This document shows positions 28,487-38,702 of a stretch of DNA of 64,000 nucleotides, piece by piece (within the stretch, counting starts at the first letter, position 1; each line of letters opens with the position of its first letter). The DNA is taken from assembly GCA_963701965.1 (NCBI GenBank), contig OY969695.1, positions 2,720,001 to 2,784,000 on the forward strand, in the 5' to 3' direction. The notes under the pieces were generated by a model. It saw nothing but the letters and a program-made list of their open reading frames with translations, had not been told where the DNA came from and searched no databases. Origin of the DNA: an uncultured Gemmatimonadales bacterium. Its GTDB lineage: Bacteria; Gemmatimonadota; Gemmatimonadetes; Gemmatimonadales; Gemmatimonadaceae. Made by a program: the position numbers and the translations under genes.

Positions 28487-29488
28487 TCAGTTGCCGACCT
28501 TGGAGGTGCGAGTCGTTGCGCCCTGCAGCCAGGCGGGCCACGGCGCCGCGGCGTTCACCTTCACGTACCCGATGCCCCGCACGCCCGTCTTGATCTGGTC
28601 CACGTACTCCATCACCAGATCGCGCGGCACCTGGATCTTCACGCGGAACATCAGCTTTTCCCGCTCGCTGCGCGTCTCGACCTGCTTCGGCGTGAACTGC
28701 GCTTCCGGCGACACGAAACTCACTTGCGCGGCGGCCGCCCGGTCCGGTTGATAGTCGACCGTAATCCGCGCGTCGGCGCCGACCTTGACCGCGGCCGCTT
28801 GCTCGGCGGGCAGGAAGATCTCCATGTACACGTCCTCCAGATTCACCAGCGTCAGCGCCTTCCCGCCCGGCGCCAGCACCTCGCCCGGCTCGGCGAGGCG
28901 ATACAGGACGCGACCCACCACCGGCGACACGAGAGTGGCGTCGGCGATGCGGGTTTGTATGGTCGCCACGTCGGCGCGCGCCACCGCGACATCCTGACGT
29001 GCCGCGGCGAGCCGGGCCTGCTCCTCGACGAGGGCAGCCTGGGTCGTCTCCAGTACGGTGTTGCGCACGTCGCTCTCCCGCTGCGACCCGGCGCGCTCGG
29101 CGACCAGCGCGTTGGCGCGCTGCGCTTCGATTTTCGCCAGCCCGATCTCACTCTGCTGTCGGACGATCGCCGCTTGCGCCACGGCGATCTGCTCCTGTGC
29201 GGCTGCCACGCGCGCCTTGGCTTCCGCGAGCTGCGACTCGAGCGTGGAGACGTCCATGTGCACGAGCACCTGCTCGGGCTTCACCAGATCGCCTTCCTCG
29301 ACCAGAATCTCCTTCACTCGCAGCGGCTCCCGGGCCGCGACGTCCACCAGCTTGGCCTCGATGCGGCCGTTCCCCGACGCAATCCCGGCCGGCAACGCCG
29401 ACTGCTTGGACTTCCAGTAGCGATAGCCAAAGAAGCCTGCCGCGGCGACCACCACCACCGCGAGGATCCATGTTCCACGCTTGGACAT
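28487..29488 (-). CDS. HlyD-family membrane fusion protein
   Basis: SGNGRIEA, coiled coil, AQFTPKQVET, EKLMFRVK. Confidence 0.93.
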   Translation of the reverse strand: MSKRGTWILAVVVVAAAGFFGYRYWKSKQSALPAGIASGNGRIEAKLVDVAAREPLRVKEILVEEGDLVKPEQVLVHMDVSTLESQLAEAKARVAAAQEQIAVAQAAIVRQQSEIGLAKIEAQRANALVAERAGSQRESDVRNTVLETTQAALVEEQARLAAARQDVAVARADVATIQTRIADATLVSPVVGRVLYRLAEPGEVLAPGGKALTLVNLEDVYMEIFLPAEQAAAVKVGADARITVDYQPDRAAAAQVSFVSPEAQFTPKQVETRSEREKLMFRVKIQVPRDLVMEYVDQIKTGVRGIGYVKVNAAAPWPAWLQGATTRTSKVGN

Positions 29489-29494
29489 CGTGCA

Positions 29495-31099
29495 TCACCT
29501 TGGCTTCGAGGGACCGGCCGGTGCGGGATTGGGCAGCGGCTGCGAGAGCATGTCGCCCCAGTTGGTGCGTCCTTCCATCTCTTTCCGCATGCTGTCCGAC
29601 ACGAATGGCTGCCCGAGACGGATCTGCCATCCGCCACCCATCGCCTTGTACAGACCGACGAGGCTCGTGGCGACGGATGAACGCGCATTGGCCAGATCGT
29701 TTTCATCGGTCAGGAGAGAGCGCTGGGCGTCGAGGACCCGTTGGAAGTCCACGGCGCCTTCGCGATACTGCACGAACGACAGGTCTACCGACCGTTGCGC
29801 GCTCTGTACGGCTTTCTCAGCGGACGCCACCCCTTCTTGTGACCGGAGGAAGCCGACGATCGCGTCATCCACCTCTTGTGCCGCTGCGAGCACCGCCTGC
29901 TGGTACTCGACGAGGGACTGCTGATACATCGCATCCTGCACCCGCACGGTATTCTTGATGCGTCCATAGTTGAAGAGCGGATACAACAGCTGGGCCCCCA
30001 ACGAGTAGAAGAAGCTCGCCGGATTGAAGAGCGGTCCGCCGGTTCCCGGAGGGCCGCCGATGAGGCTGCGGAAACCCAGCACGGCGTCGATGGAGAACTG
30101 CGGATACAGCTCGGCCTTGGCGACCCCGACGCGCTCGCTCTGCGCGATGGCGCTGAGCTCCGCGCTCCGGACGTCGGGACGCCGGCGGAGCAAATCGGCG
30201 GGCACGCCCAACGCGACGTTGGGCGGCACCGTTGGAATGCCTTTCTGGAGCTGGAGCAGCTCTTGGAGCGAGCCGGCATTTTGCCCGAGCAAGGTGCACA
30301 GCGCGTTCTGCGTCTGTTGCAAGTTCGCCAAGAGCGGTGGGATCGATGCGCGCGTGCCCTCAAGTAACGTCGTCGCTTGGTCCACGTCCAGTTCCGAAGT
30401 GGCGCCGTTGCGGAATCGGGCATCCGCAATGCGGAGTCCTTCTTCTTGAATCCGGACATTCGTCCGGGCCTGGTCGACGAGCACCTCGTACGTGCGCATG
30501 ATCGTGTACGTCCGCGCGACTTCGGCGGTCAGCGAGACGACGGCGTTGTCGTAGTCGGCGACCGTTCCCAGGTAATTCGCGGTCTGCGCCTTCACTTCCT
30601 TCCGGTACTTGTGCCAGAAGTCCAACTCCCAGACCGCGTCGAACCCCACCTCGTACACACCGAAGTTGGAAGCGGCTGTACTGCTGAGCGCGTCGGCCGC
30701 GCGATCACTCAGGCCGACGGCGGCCACCCGGGCGAGCGCCACCTGGAACTGCGGATACTGCGAGCCGACGGCGATGTGCAGCTGGGCCCGCGCGGTCAGG
30801 ATGCGGAGCCCTGACGTCTGGAGCGGGAGATTCTGGTGGTAGGCGAGCGCAATGAGGCGCGCGAGTGTCGTATCGCCGAACACGGTCCACCAAGCGCTGT
30901 CGATGCTCGTCAGCGTCCTGAGCGTGACGCGCGGGTCGCCCTGCCCCTGCCATTCGCTCGGTACGGGAAGCTTGGGCGCCACGTACTTCGGGCCCACGGC
31001 GCAGCCCGCGACCACCGACGCCGCGGCGACAAATGCCAGCGCCGCTCCGGAGCCTGGCCAGCCGGGCGCGCGGCTCCTGCGGTGTCTGCCGTCGCGCAT
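29495..31099 (-). CDS. NodT/TolC-family outer membrane efflux lipoprotein
   Basis: AGCAVGP lipobox, WELDFW, LLRRRPDVR, LYKAMGGGW. Confidence 0.93.
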   Translation of the reverse strand: MRDGRHRRSRAPGWPGSGAALAFVAAASVVAGCAVGPKYVAPKLPVPSEWQGQGDPRVTLRTLTSIDSAWWTVFGDTTLARLIALAYHQNLPLQTSGLRILTARAQLHIAVGSQYPQFQVALARVAAVGLSDRAADALSSTAASNFGVYEVGFDAVWELDFWHKYRKEVKAQTANYLGTVADYDNAVVSLTAEVARTYTIMRTYEVLVDQARTNVRIQEEGLRIADARFRNGATSELDVDQATTLLEGTRASIPPLLANLQQTQNALCTLLGQNAGSLQELLQLQKGIPTVPPNVALGVPADLLRRRPDVRSAELSAIAQSERVGVAKAELYPQFSIDAVLGFRSLIGGPPGTGGPLFNPASFFYSLGAQLLYPLFNYGRIKNTVRVQDAMYQQSLVEYQQAVLAAAQEVDDAIVGFLRSQEGVASAEKAVQSAQRSVDLSFVQYREGAVDFQRVLDAQRSLLTDENDLANARSSVATSLVGLYKAMGGGWQIRLGQPFVSDSMRKEMEGRTNWGDMLSQPLPNPAPAGPSKPR

Positions 31100-31109
31100 C
31101 GCATCCCCC

Positions 31110-32037
31110 TCAGGCTCTCGCGCTCCCGGCAGGTTCGACGCGTACGGCCTGGAACGTGTCGACCCACGTGCGGTAGCGGCGTGCAATCTCCGTGACCGCC
31201 GCGTCTCGCGTGATCTTTCCGGCCCGCCAGTCCACGAGTGGATCCCAGAACGTCGTGCGTCCCACCGCGAAGCCCACGAAGCCCGGGACCGCCGCCGCCG
31301 TGGTGAGCCAGTGGCGCACCTTGTCATCACCCTCGGCCCGGCCCAGGACGATGCACCCCACGTGATCCCGCCCGCCGCGGCGCGCCGTCTCTACGATCCG
31401 CACGCAGTCGTCGCGGCGGTCCAGGCCTTCGATCTTCCAGACGTCGGGCTCGACGCCGGCGTCCTGCAGCTCTTCGATAGCGCGCACCATGAGTCGCGGC
31501 CGAACCTGGAGATCATACACGTCCCTGCCACGATCGAGCTGCGATTTCTCGGGCGGCACCAAGAGCTCGAACATGTATCGCGTCTGGTCGCTCGTATGCA
31601 GGTAGTCCGACAGCTGTGCCAGGCGTCGCGCCTGACGTCGGTTCAACGGCACATCACCCTGCGGATTGTAGCGGACCAACACCTTGCAGAACGTGGTGGG
31701 GCGCGCGGCGATCTGGGCGGCGAAGTTCTCGTACTCGAAGTCGAACTCGGCCTGGCCGCTTTTCTCGGCCGGACTCGCGGTGACGAAGCCGCCCTTGATC
31801 GCGTCCGAGAGAATGTCCGAGCCGAACATTCTCATCGACGAGGATTCCAGCCTTCTCCCGAGGGACCCCCGCCTGTACGGCCGCCTCGAAGGCGTCGTAG
31901 ATCACTCGCTTGGTGGCAGCGATCTCCGCCGTCTGCTCGGGACTCAGCTCGCCCCGCCAGCCGAACATTTGCGTCTTGAAGGAGCCACGATGGTCGAACG
32001 GAAGGACGTAGAGTGGCTTATCGTATCCGAGTGTCAT
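31110..32037 (-). CDS. DUF2090 class I aldolase-like protein (+1 frameshift near 31830)
   Basis: LPFDHRGSF...GILVDE in one frame; KVLVRYNP, DVWKIEG, GFAVGRT in the next. Confidence 0.82.
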
Positions 32038-32084
32038 CAACCACCTCGCAATTGCGTTGTCCAGCACGCCGTACGGCGCTCGTG

Positions 32085-34016
32085 CTATCCGCGCTTCGCG
32101 AGCAGAGCCCGCTTCGACGCGATCACTGCCATCAATGCGTGCCACGACTCGACGAACGCCGCCGCCCCATCCTTCTGCAGGCGGGCGGCGAGCGCGTGGA
32201 TGTCCGTCCCTTCCGCGGCGAACCGCGCCAGTACAACGTCCGCTTCCCCGCCGTCCGCCCGCATGAGTGTCGGGACGTCGCCGTGCTCCGCGAGTTCGGT
32301 CAGCGTGCCCTCGGGCATCGTGTTGACGGTGAACGGCGCGGCCAGCGCTCTGACATAGAACAGTTTGGATACGCCCGGATCCTTGCTCGCGGTGCTGGCC
32401 CAGAGCAGCCGCTGGGGCCGCGACCCGGCGTTGTAGATGCGCTGCCAACGGGGCGAGGCGAGGAGCGAGCGATACGCCTGGTACGTGCGCTGGGCGACGG
32501 CGAGGCCGAGCCGGTTGCGGAGCGCGGCGGGTACTGTGTCGGCGACGGCGGCGTCCCACCGGCTCACGAACACGGAAGCCACGGAGCTCACGTCCGGCTT
32601 GAGGCCCGCATCCAGCCGGCGCTCGATGCCGCGGAGAAACGCCTCGGCCACCGCGAAGTAATGTTCGCGGGAGAACAGCAGCGTCGCGTTCACGGGGATG
32701 CCGGCAAAGATGACCTCCTCGATCGCGGGCAGCCCTTCGCGCGTCGCCGGGATCTTGATCATGAGATTCGGCCGGTTCGCGCGCACGAAGAGATCTTTGG
32801 CCGCCGCGACGGTGCCGGCTGTGTCGTAGGCGAGGAGCGGCGACACCTCGAGCGACACCCAACCATCGACATCATCGGTCCGATCGTAGATCGGGCGCAA
32901 CACATTGGCGGCGCGCCTCAGATCATCGATGGCGAGGTCGAAAAACACTTCCTCGTCGGTGGCATCCGTCATGCGCGCCTCGGCGATCGCCACGTCGTAT
33001 GCCTGGCTCGTGGTGATGGCCCGCTCGAAGATCGTGGGGTTGGACGTGAGGCCGGTGACGGACAGGTCTTTCACGTACCGCGCGAGCGTGCCACTGGTCA
33101 ACAAGTCGCGCGTGATGTTGTCGAGCCAGAGGCTCTGTCCCAGCCGGTGGAGTTGGCCCGTGGCCCGCGTCGCCGGGCCGCGAGCGGGCGCGGCGCGTGG
33201 AAGGATGTACTGGACCACCGCGTCGGCGAATCCTTCGTCCTCGTACGAAGTCGTGACGACGTTCGCGTGCCGCTTGACCTCGTCACTGGCGTTGCCCATC
33301 GCAATGCTGAGCCCACTCCGCTCGAACATGGCGATGTCGTTCAGCTGGTCGCCGAGCGTGGCGATCTGCGCCAACGGTATCTTCAGATACCGCGACAGGC
33401 GCGTGATCGACGAGCCTTTGTTGGCCGCCGGGTGGGTCACGTCGAGGTAGTGCGGCTGGGATCGCACGGCAGTGACCTGCGTGCCGAACTCCTCCTGGAG
33501 GGCTCGCTCGCACGCCGCGACGCGATCGTGGTCGAGGCTCGCACCGACGATCTTCACGATGCCCGTCAGCACATCGTCGAAACTCGGCACCACCGTCGGC
33601 GCAAACTGGACGGTCGAGGTTTCCCGGTCGACGCGCGGGGCTTGGGCGTCGCGCACATACCACTGCGTCGCGGAGTAGAGCCACACGTCGATGCCATGCG
33701 ACTCGATCGCCTCGACGAGCGCGGGGAGCAGATAGTCCGGGATCGCCAGCTGATCGAGGAGGGAAAGATCCGGGAGCACGATGGCCCCGCCGTTGAAGGC
33801 GGCCATCGGCATGGTCAGCCCGAGGGGCTCGACGAGCATTTGCAGGCCGCGGGGCGGCCGGCCACTGGTGATGGCGAAGATGATCCCGTTGTCCCGCATC
33901 CGCTGCACGGCCTGTTTGGCGCGGTCAGTGATCACCTTCTCCTTCGTGACCACCGTACCGTCGACGTCGGCCAAGAGGGCAGCGATTGCAGGGGAGCCCG
34001 GGGTGGAAACGGCCAT
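32085..34016 (-). CDS. tal: Cof-type HAD phosphatase fused to transaldolase
   Basis: DVDGT, SGR, GDQLND; then GQSLWLDN, TSNPTIF, SLEVSP, IKIPAT, SVFVSRWD, LWAST. Confidence 0.9.
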   Translation of the reverse strand: MAVSTPGSPAIAALLADVDGTVVTKEKVITDRAKQAVQRMRDNGIIFAITSGRPPRGLQMLVEPLGLTMPMAAFNGGAIVLPDLSLLDQLAIPDYLLPALVEAIESHGIDVWLYSATQWYVRDAQAPRVDRETSTVQFAPTVVPSFDDVLTGIVKIVGASLDHDRVAACERALQEEFGTQVTAVRSQPHYLDVTHPAANKGSSITRLSRYLKIPLAQIATLGDQLNDIAMFERSGLSIAMGNASDEVKRHANVVTTSYEDEGFADAVVQYILPRAAPARGPATRATGQLHRLGQSLWLDNITRDLLTSGTLARYVKDLSVTGLTSNPTIFERAITTSQAYDVAIAEARMTDATDEEVFFDLAIDDLRRAANVLRPIYDRTDDVDGWVSLEVSPLLAYDTAGTVAAAKDLFVRANRPNLMIKIPATREGLPAIEEVIFAGIPVNATLLFSREHYFAVAEAFLRGIERRLDAGLKPDVSSVASVFVSRWDAAVADTVPAALRNRLGLAVAQRTYQAYRSLLASPRWQRIYNAGSRPQRLLWASTASKDPGVSKLFYVRALAAPFTVNTMPEGTLTELAEHGDVPTLMRADGGEADVVLARFAAEGTDIHALAARLQKDGAAAFVESWHALMAVIASKRALLAKRG

Positions 34017-34295
34017 GGGAACCCTCGGATACGGCGGCCGAGTCCGGCGGCACGCGTCCATACCACCGCCATCGCCGGTCACTGCAGCGCGTAGACTGTA
34101 TAGGTACCCGTGCGGCAAAACGCGCGCATGAGGACCAAAGTCTAAGGCATTGCAGGCCATGGCTTCGCCGCATTTGCGATCGCATCGCGGCGGTCACGAT
34201 AGGACAGTCTCTGTGCCATCGGTGATTTCCAGTGCTATTGGCGTGATTTGTGGCGCCCGGTTGCCGGGCACGATCCGGCGACCCATGATGTACGC

Positions 34296-35399
34296 ATGCC
34301 GGATGCACGCCAGCCGACCGACGGTTTGCGGAGTTCCCGGGTCGTAGCGCTCGCACTCGTCGTCGGAACATTCTTCGTCACCCAGGAAGCGTTGACCGAT
34401 CTCGCCGGGGGGCGATCGATCAACGTCGGCGCCGACGTGCGGGTCGCGCTGCTCTTCTGGGGCGCGTGGGCGCTCCTCACGCCCGCGGTGCTCGTGGCCG
34501 TACGCCGGTGGCCGCCCGACGCCAAGCCGATCTCCCGTTCACTGCTCGTGCACACGGCCGTGGCGGTGATCTTGGCGACCGTACAGTACGGGGTCGTGAT
34601 CACGCTCCGGTCGCTGCAGCTGTCTCTCCAGCACGGGGTCGGTCTCGGCGCGGCGTTTGACGGGGTCGCCAGCCCCAACGCGTTCGTGTGGGGCGTGTTC
34701 ACGGGCGTGTTCTTTTATGCCGTGGTCGCGATGGTCTACACGGTCGTGCGCTTCCAAAGTCTTTACGCTGCCGAGCGGATCAGCGCCGCCGCGTTGGAGG
34801 CCGAGCTCACGCGATCCAAGCTGGACACCCTGCGGTCGCAGCTTCGGCCCCATTTTCTGTTCAATACGTTGAACGCGATCTCCGTGTTCGTGACCGAGGA
34901 TGCGGGGAAGGCCGAGCAGATGCTGTTGCGGTTGTCGACGCTGCTGCGGCGGAGCCTCGACGAAGAGGCGCATGAAGTGCGGCTCGAACAGGAGTTGGCG
35001 TTCGTCAATGACTATCTGGATATCCAGCGCGGGCGATTCGGCGATCAGTTGCGTGTGGAAGTCACGGTCGATCCGGCGGTGCTCGACGCGCGCGTGCCGG
35101 TGTTTCTGATCCAGCCGCTCGTGGAGAACGCGATCGAGCACGGGAAGACCGACGACGCCTGCACGACGATCGTGTTGTCCGCGGGCCGCCAACACGACAT
35201 GCTGCACATCACGATCGTCGACGACGGCTTGGGATTCGGGGACGGCGCGCCGAGAGTCGAGGGGATCGGACTCGGCAACACGCGGGCGCGGCTCAATCAC
35301 CTCTATGGTCCGCAAGCGACCGTCGAGCTGCATGGGAGACCGGGGTCGCCGGGGACGCGCGTGGAGATTCGCATTCCCTTTGCACCGGTGCCCGCATGA
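34296..35399 (+). CDS. LytS/YehU-family sensor histidine kinase
   Basis: TM N-terminus; SQLRPHFLFNTLN, QPLVENAIEHG, GIGLGN. Confidence 0.93.
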   Translation: MPDARQPTDGLRSSRVVALALVVGTFFVTQEALTDLAGGRSINVGADVRVALLFWGAWALLTPAVLVAVRRWPPDAKPISRSLLVHTAVAVILATVQYGVVITLRSLQLSLQHGVGLGAAFDGVASPNAFVWGVFTGVFFYAVVAMVYTVVRFQSLYAAERISAAALEAELTRSKLDTLRSQLRPHFLFNTLNAISVFVTEDAGKAEQMLLRLSTLLRRSLDEEAHEVRLEQELAFVNDYLDIQRGRFGDQLRVEVTVDPAVLDARVPVFLIQPLVENAIEHGKTDDACTTIVLSAGRQHDMLHITIVDDGLGFGDGAPRVEGIGLGNTRARLNHLYGPQATVELHGRPGSPGTRVEIRIPFAPVPA

Positions 35400-36175
35400 A
35401 GGTGCTCATCGTGGATGATGAGCCGGTCGCGAGACGAGGGCTCCGGCGGCAGCTCGGAGTGCTGCCGGGTGTGACGTGCATCGGCGAGTGCGGCGGGCGG
35501 GCCCAGGCCATCGCGGCCATCGTCGAGCGGAGTCCCGACGTCGTGCTGTTGGACATCCAACTCGGCCGGGCGACGGCGTTCGAGATCATCGAGGAGATCG
35601 GAGTCGACGCGATGCCGTTGGTCGTGTTCGTGACGGCGTACGATCGGCACGCGCTGAAGGCGTTCGAAGTCCACGCCCTCGACTACGTGCTCAAGCCAGT
35701 TGACCCGGACCGTTTGCGCGAGGCGCTGGAGCGGGCGGCGTCGCAGCTCTCACTCCAGCGCGGCGCGTCACTGGCCGACCGGCTGGAGGGGCTGCTGGCG
35801 CAGCATGCGGCGGTCGCTCCGGAGACGGTGCCGTCGTCGGCCGACCGTCTGGTGGTGCGGGACGCGGACCGTCTGTCGTTGATCGAGATCGAGCAGGTCG
35901 ATTGGTTCGAGAGCGCCGGCAACTATGTCCGCGTGCACAGCGCCGGTCGGGCGTATCTCATGCGCACGACCATGGATCGCATCGCGCAGCGGGTGGCCGG
36001 GCGGAGCGCATTCATCCGCGTGCGGCGTTCCGCGCTCATCAACGTTCGGGCGGTGGCGACGCTGGAGCGCTATGGGAAGGGGACCTACGTCGTTCATCTC
36101 CGGAATGGGACGAAGGTGATCTCGAGCCGCTACTATCAGCCCGGTCTGCGCCGGCTGCTCGGATCGTCAGCGTAG
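35396..36175 (+). CDS. LytTR-family response regulator
   Basis: IVDDE, LLDI, FVTAYD, LKP; LytTR domain SAGNYV, FIRVRRS. Confidence 0.94.
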   Translation: MKVLIVDDEPVARRGLRRQLGVLPGVTCIGECGGRAQAIAAIVERSPDVVLLDIQLGRATAFEIIEEIGVDAMPLVVFVTAYDRHALKAFEVHALDYVLKPVDPDRLREALERAASQLSLQRGASLADRLEGLLAQHAAVAPETVPSSADRLVVRDADRLSLIEIEQVDWFESAGNYVRVHSAGRAYLMRTTMDRIAQRVAGRSAFIRVRRSALINVRAVATLERYGKGTYVVHLRNGTKVISSRYYQPGLRRLLGSSA

Positions 36176-37072
36176 CGTACGGGCGACGCGGAACCCCAGC
36201 ACGACGTCGCGGTTGTCGGCCGGGTTCCTCTCGCGCGTCGCGGGGCGGAGGAGCCAGGATGGGTAGAACCACGACCCGCCGCGATCGACGCGGAGGCAGT
36301 CCTTTGCCGTCTCGACGGCGCGGCCATCGTGCGGCGCGGTGGTGTAGTTGTCGATATAGCAGTCTTCCGTCCATTGCCAGACGTTGCCCACCATGTCGTA
36401 GAAGCCGAGGGGGTTCGCCGGCTTCGAGCCCACCGGGTGCGGGTGACCCTCGGCATTGGCGTCGTGCCAGGCGTAGCGTGGTGCGTCGGTGTCCTCGTCG
36501 CCCCACCAGAACCGCGTCGTCGTGCCGCCGCGTGCCGCGTATTCCCACTCCGACTCTGTGGGGAGTCGGTAGCCGCGATGGACGGTGGTATTGAGCCAAG
36601 CGACGTAGGCTTGCGCGTCCGTCCACGAGATGCAGACCACGGGGTCGCGGTCGGTTTGCGGGAAGCCGGGGTTTTGCCAGTTGGTGCCGGGGAGTTTCTT
36701 CCACAGCGAGTTGTCGGCGTGGACGCCGTCGGAGACGTGGCATCCATTGCCCGCGGCGTATCCGGTTGCCCGCACGAAGGCGGCATATTCGCTTCGCGTC
36801 ACATTGTATCGGCCCAACGCGAAGGACGCGAGCGTCACGTCGTGGGGCGGGGATTCATCGGCTACGGATGCCGGGGTGGCACCGTGATCGACGGCCCAGG
36901 CGCGCGCGGCCGCCGAGGAGCCCATGGTGAACGAGCCAGCGGGTACGACGACCATCTCGGGGCAGGCCGGGCAGTCGCGGAACGCGCTCCCCGGCGTACG
37001 GTCGGACTGTGCGGCGGCGGTCGCCGTCGATGTTAGCGCTGCCAGGAGCCAGGCGGCTCTAGTACTCGCCAT
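36167..37072 (-). CDS. Exported FGE-sulfatase-domain protein
   Basis: CPEMVVVPAGSFTMGS, RLPTESEWEYAAR, YDMVGNVWQW, RGGSW, GFRVAR. Confidence 0.9.
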   Translation of the reverse strand: MASTRAAWLLAALTSTATAAAQSDRTPGSAFRDCPACPEMVVVPAGSFTMGSSAAARAWAVDHGATPASVADESPPHDVTLASFALGRYNVTRSEYAAFVRATGYAAGNGCHVSDGVHADNSLWKKLPGTNWQNPGFPQTDRDPVVCISWTDAQAYVAWLNTTVHRGYRLPTESEWEYAARGGTTTRFWWGDEDTDAPRYAWHDANAEGHPHPVGSKPANPLGFYDMVGNVWQWTEDCYIDNYTTAPHDGRAVETAKDCLRVDRGGSWFYPSWLLRPATRERNPADNRDVVLGFRVARTLR

Positions 37073-38537
37073 AGTGTCCTTTCGTTGCGTCGAGCAGGGC
37101 GTGGGGATCGTATCCAATGCCGTCCTTGAAGACGATTTCGACGTTTTCGATGTCCGCGATGTGTGTGGCGGGGTCGCCTTTCATCACGACCAGGTCCGCG
37201 TTCTTTCCGACGGCGATGGAGCCGATGTGTTGGGCGCGGCCGAGGAAGGTGGCGCCGTTGAGGGTCGCGATGCGGATGGCTTGGACGGGGCTGAATCCGG
37301 CGACGACCAGGAGCTCGATTTCCCACTGGTCGCCAAAGCCCGGGAGGAGACCGTGGAGGCCGACCGGATCCGATCCGGCGAGCAGGAGGCCGCCGGCCGC
37401 GGCGAATGCGCGCTCCAGCGCCATGTCCCGGGCGAGCAGGCGCGCGGGGTCGCTGCTCGCTTTGGACGTGCGCCGCCAGTCGGAATAGGTTTGGCGGACG
37501 GGCGGTGCCATGGCATCGAGTACGGCGGGGCGCGGCGCCGGCAGCGCGTCGGTGTCGCCGCCGAGGCCTCGCACGGACGCCGCGGTGCCGGGCAGGGTGG
37601 ACGTGATGGCCACGTGATGTCGCAGGAGATCGTCGATCAGGCGCTTGGCGTCGGGGCCATCGGCGCTCATGTGATCGAGCGTGTAGTCGCCGCCGCTCGT
37701 CGAGCAGGTGTCCGGTCGCTTGTCGGGGTCCATCCCGGTGTTCGTGAAGAACCCGTGCTCGAGGTTATCGATGCCCGCGTCGATCGCTTCCTCGTAAGTG
37801 ACGGAGCACAGGTGCCCGGTGACCTTGATCCCGCGTTTGTGGGCTTCCTCGATCGCGGCCCGCAGCTCTTCGCGGGTGATGTGGGTGTACGCTTTGAGCG
37901 ATGTCACGCCGCGATCGGCCCAGTAGCGCACCGTCTCGCGAGCATCGTCCGGTCCCGTGAGCTGGTGCATCTGGAGATTGGGACTGGCGCTGGCGCCTTC
38001 CAAGTAAGGACCGGTGACGTCGAGGTGTGGCCCAGGGACGACGCCGGTCTCGATCAGATGCGCGAGTCTCAGGTCGGTGTACGGGTCGATGCTGCCCGCG
38101 GTGCGCATGGTCGTGACGCCGTTCGCCAGATAGAGGCGGGGCGCCGAGAAGCTCATTTGCAGGAACAGGGCGGGCGGATCGAAGGTGTTGTCGCTCTTGA
38201 GGCCGGGGCGCGCCAGGTACCACAGGTGGTCGTGCATGCCGACGATACCGGGCATGACCGCGTATCCCCGCAGGTCGAGGATGGTGGTGCTGTCGTGCGG
38301 CAGCCGATCGGCACCAGCCGCGATCGCGGTGATCTTGCCGTCCTCGATCGTGATATTCCGATCCATGCTCGGAGCGCCGCCGGTGCCGTCTATGATCTCG
38401 ACGTGCTCGAGGATGACCTTCGCGGTGCCGACGCGCACGTACTTCCGGACTTCGGGCGCCAGCGAGTCCGGGCGCGGGGCTTGGGCGCCCGCGGCGGAGC
38501 ACAGCGCCGCCAATGAGAGAACTGTCGTGAGTACCAT
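37059..38537 (-). CDS. Exported amidohydrolase
   Basis: PGIVGMHDH, GVTTMR, TGHL, GSD, GKNADLV. Confidence 0.9.
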   Translation of the reverse strand: MVLTTVLSLAALCSAAGAQAPRPDSLAPEVRKYVRVGTAKVILEHVEIIDGTGGAPSMDRNITIEDGKITAIAAGADRLPHDSTTILDLRGYAVMPGIVGMHDHLWYLARPGLKSDNTFDPPALFLQMSFSAPRLYLANGVTTMRTAGSIDPYTDLRLAHLIETGVVPGPHLDVTGPYLEGASASPNLQMHQLTGPDDARETVRYWADRGVTSLKAYTHITREELRAAIEEAHKRGIKVTGHLCSVTYEEAIDAGIDNLEHGFFTNTGMDPDKRPDTCSTSGGDYTLDHMSADGPDAKRLIDDLLRHHVAITSTLPGTAASVRGLGGDTDALPAPRPAVLDAMAPPVRQTYSDWRRTSKASSDPARLLARDMALERAFAAAGGLLLAGSDPVGLHGLLPGFGDQWEIELLVVAGFSPVQAIRIATLNGATFLGRAQHIGSIAVGKNADLVVMKGDPATHIADIENVEIVFKDGIGYDPHALLDATKGHYGEY

Positions 38538-38584
38538 CGTCACACACGTTACGGAGCGGTGTGTGGGAAGGCCTACACTTTGGC

Positions 38585-38614
38585 GATGGACGGGGGTGTC
38601 GCCGGGATGAAGGG
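38585..38614 (-). promoter_or_regulatory. Putative LytTR direct-repeat site
   Basis: Minus strand CCCTTCATC-N12-CCGTCCATC, ~50 nt upstream of the amidohydrolase start. Confidence 0.5.
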
Positions 38615-38702
38615 TACCGTGCGCGTGTTCTCTTGCGCCGCGGTTACTAGATTCATCGCGCACACTGACGGAGGTTCACATGGTACGGCACACACCGGCG
38701 CA

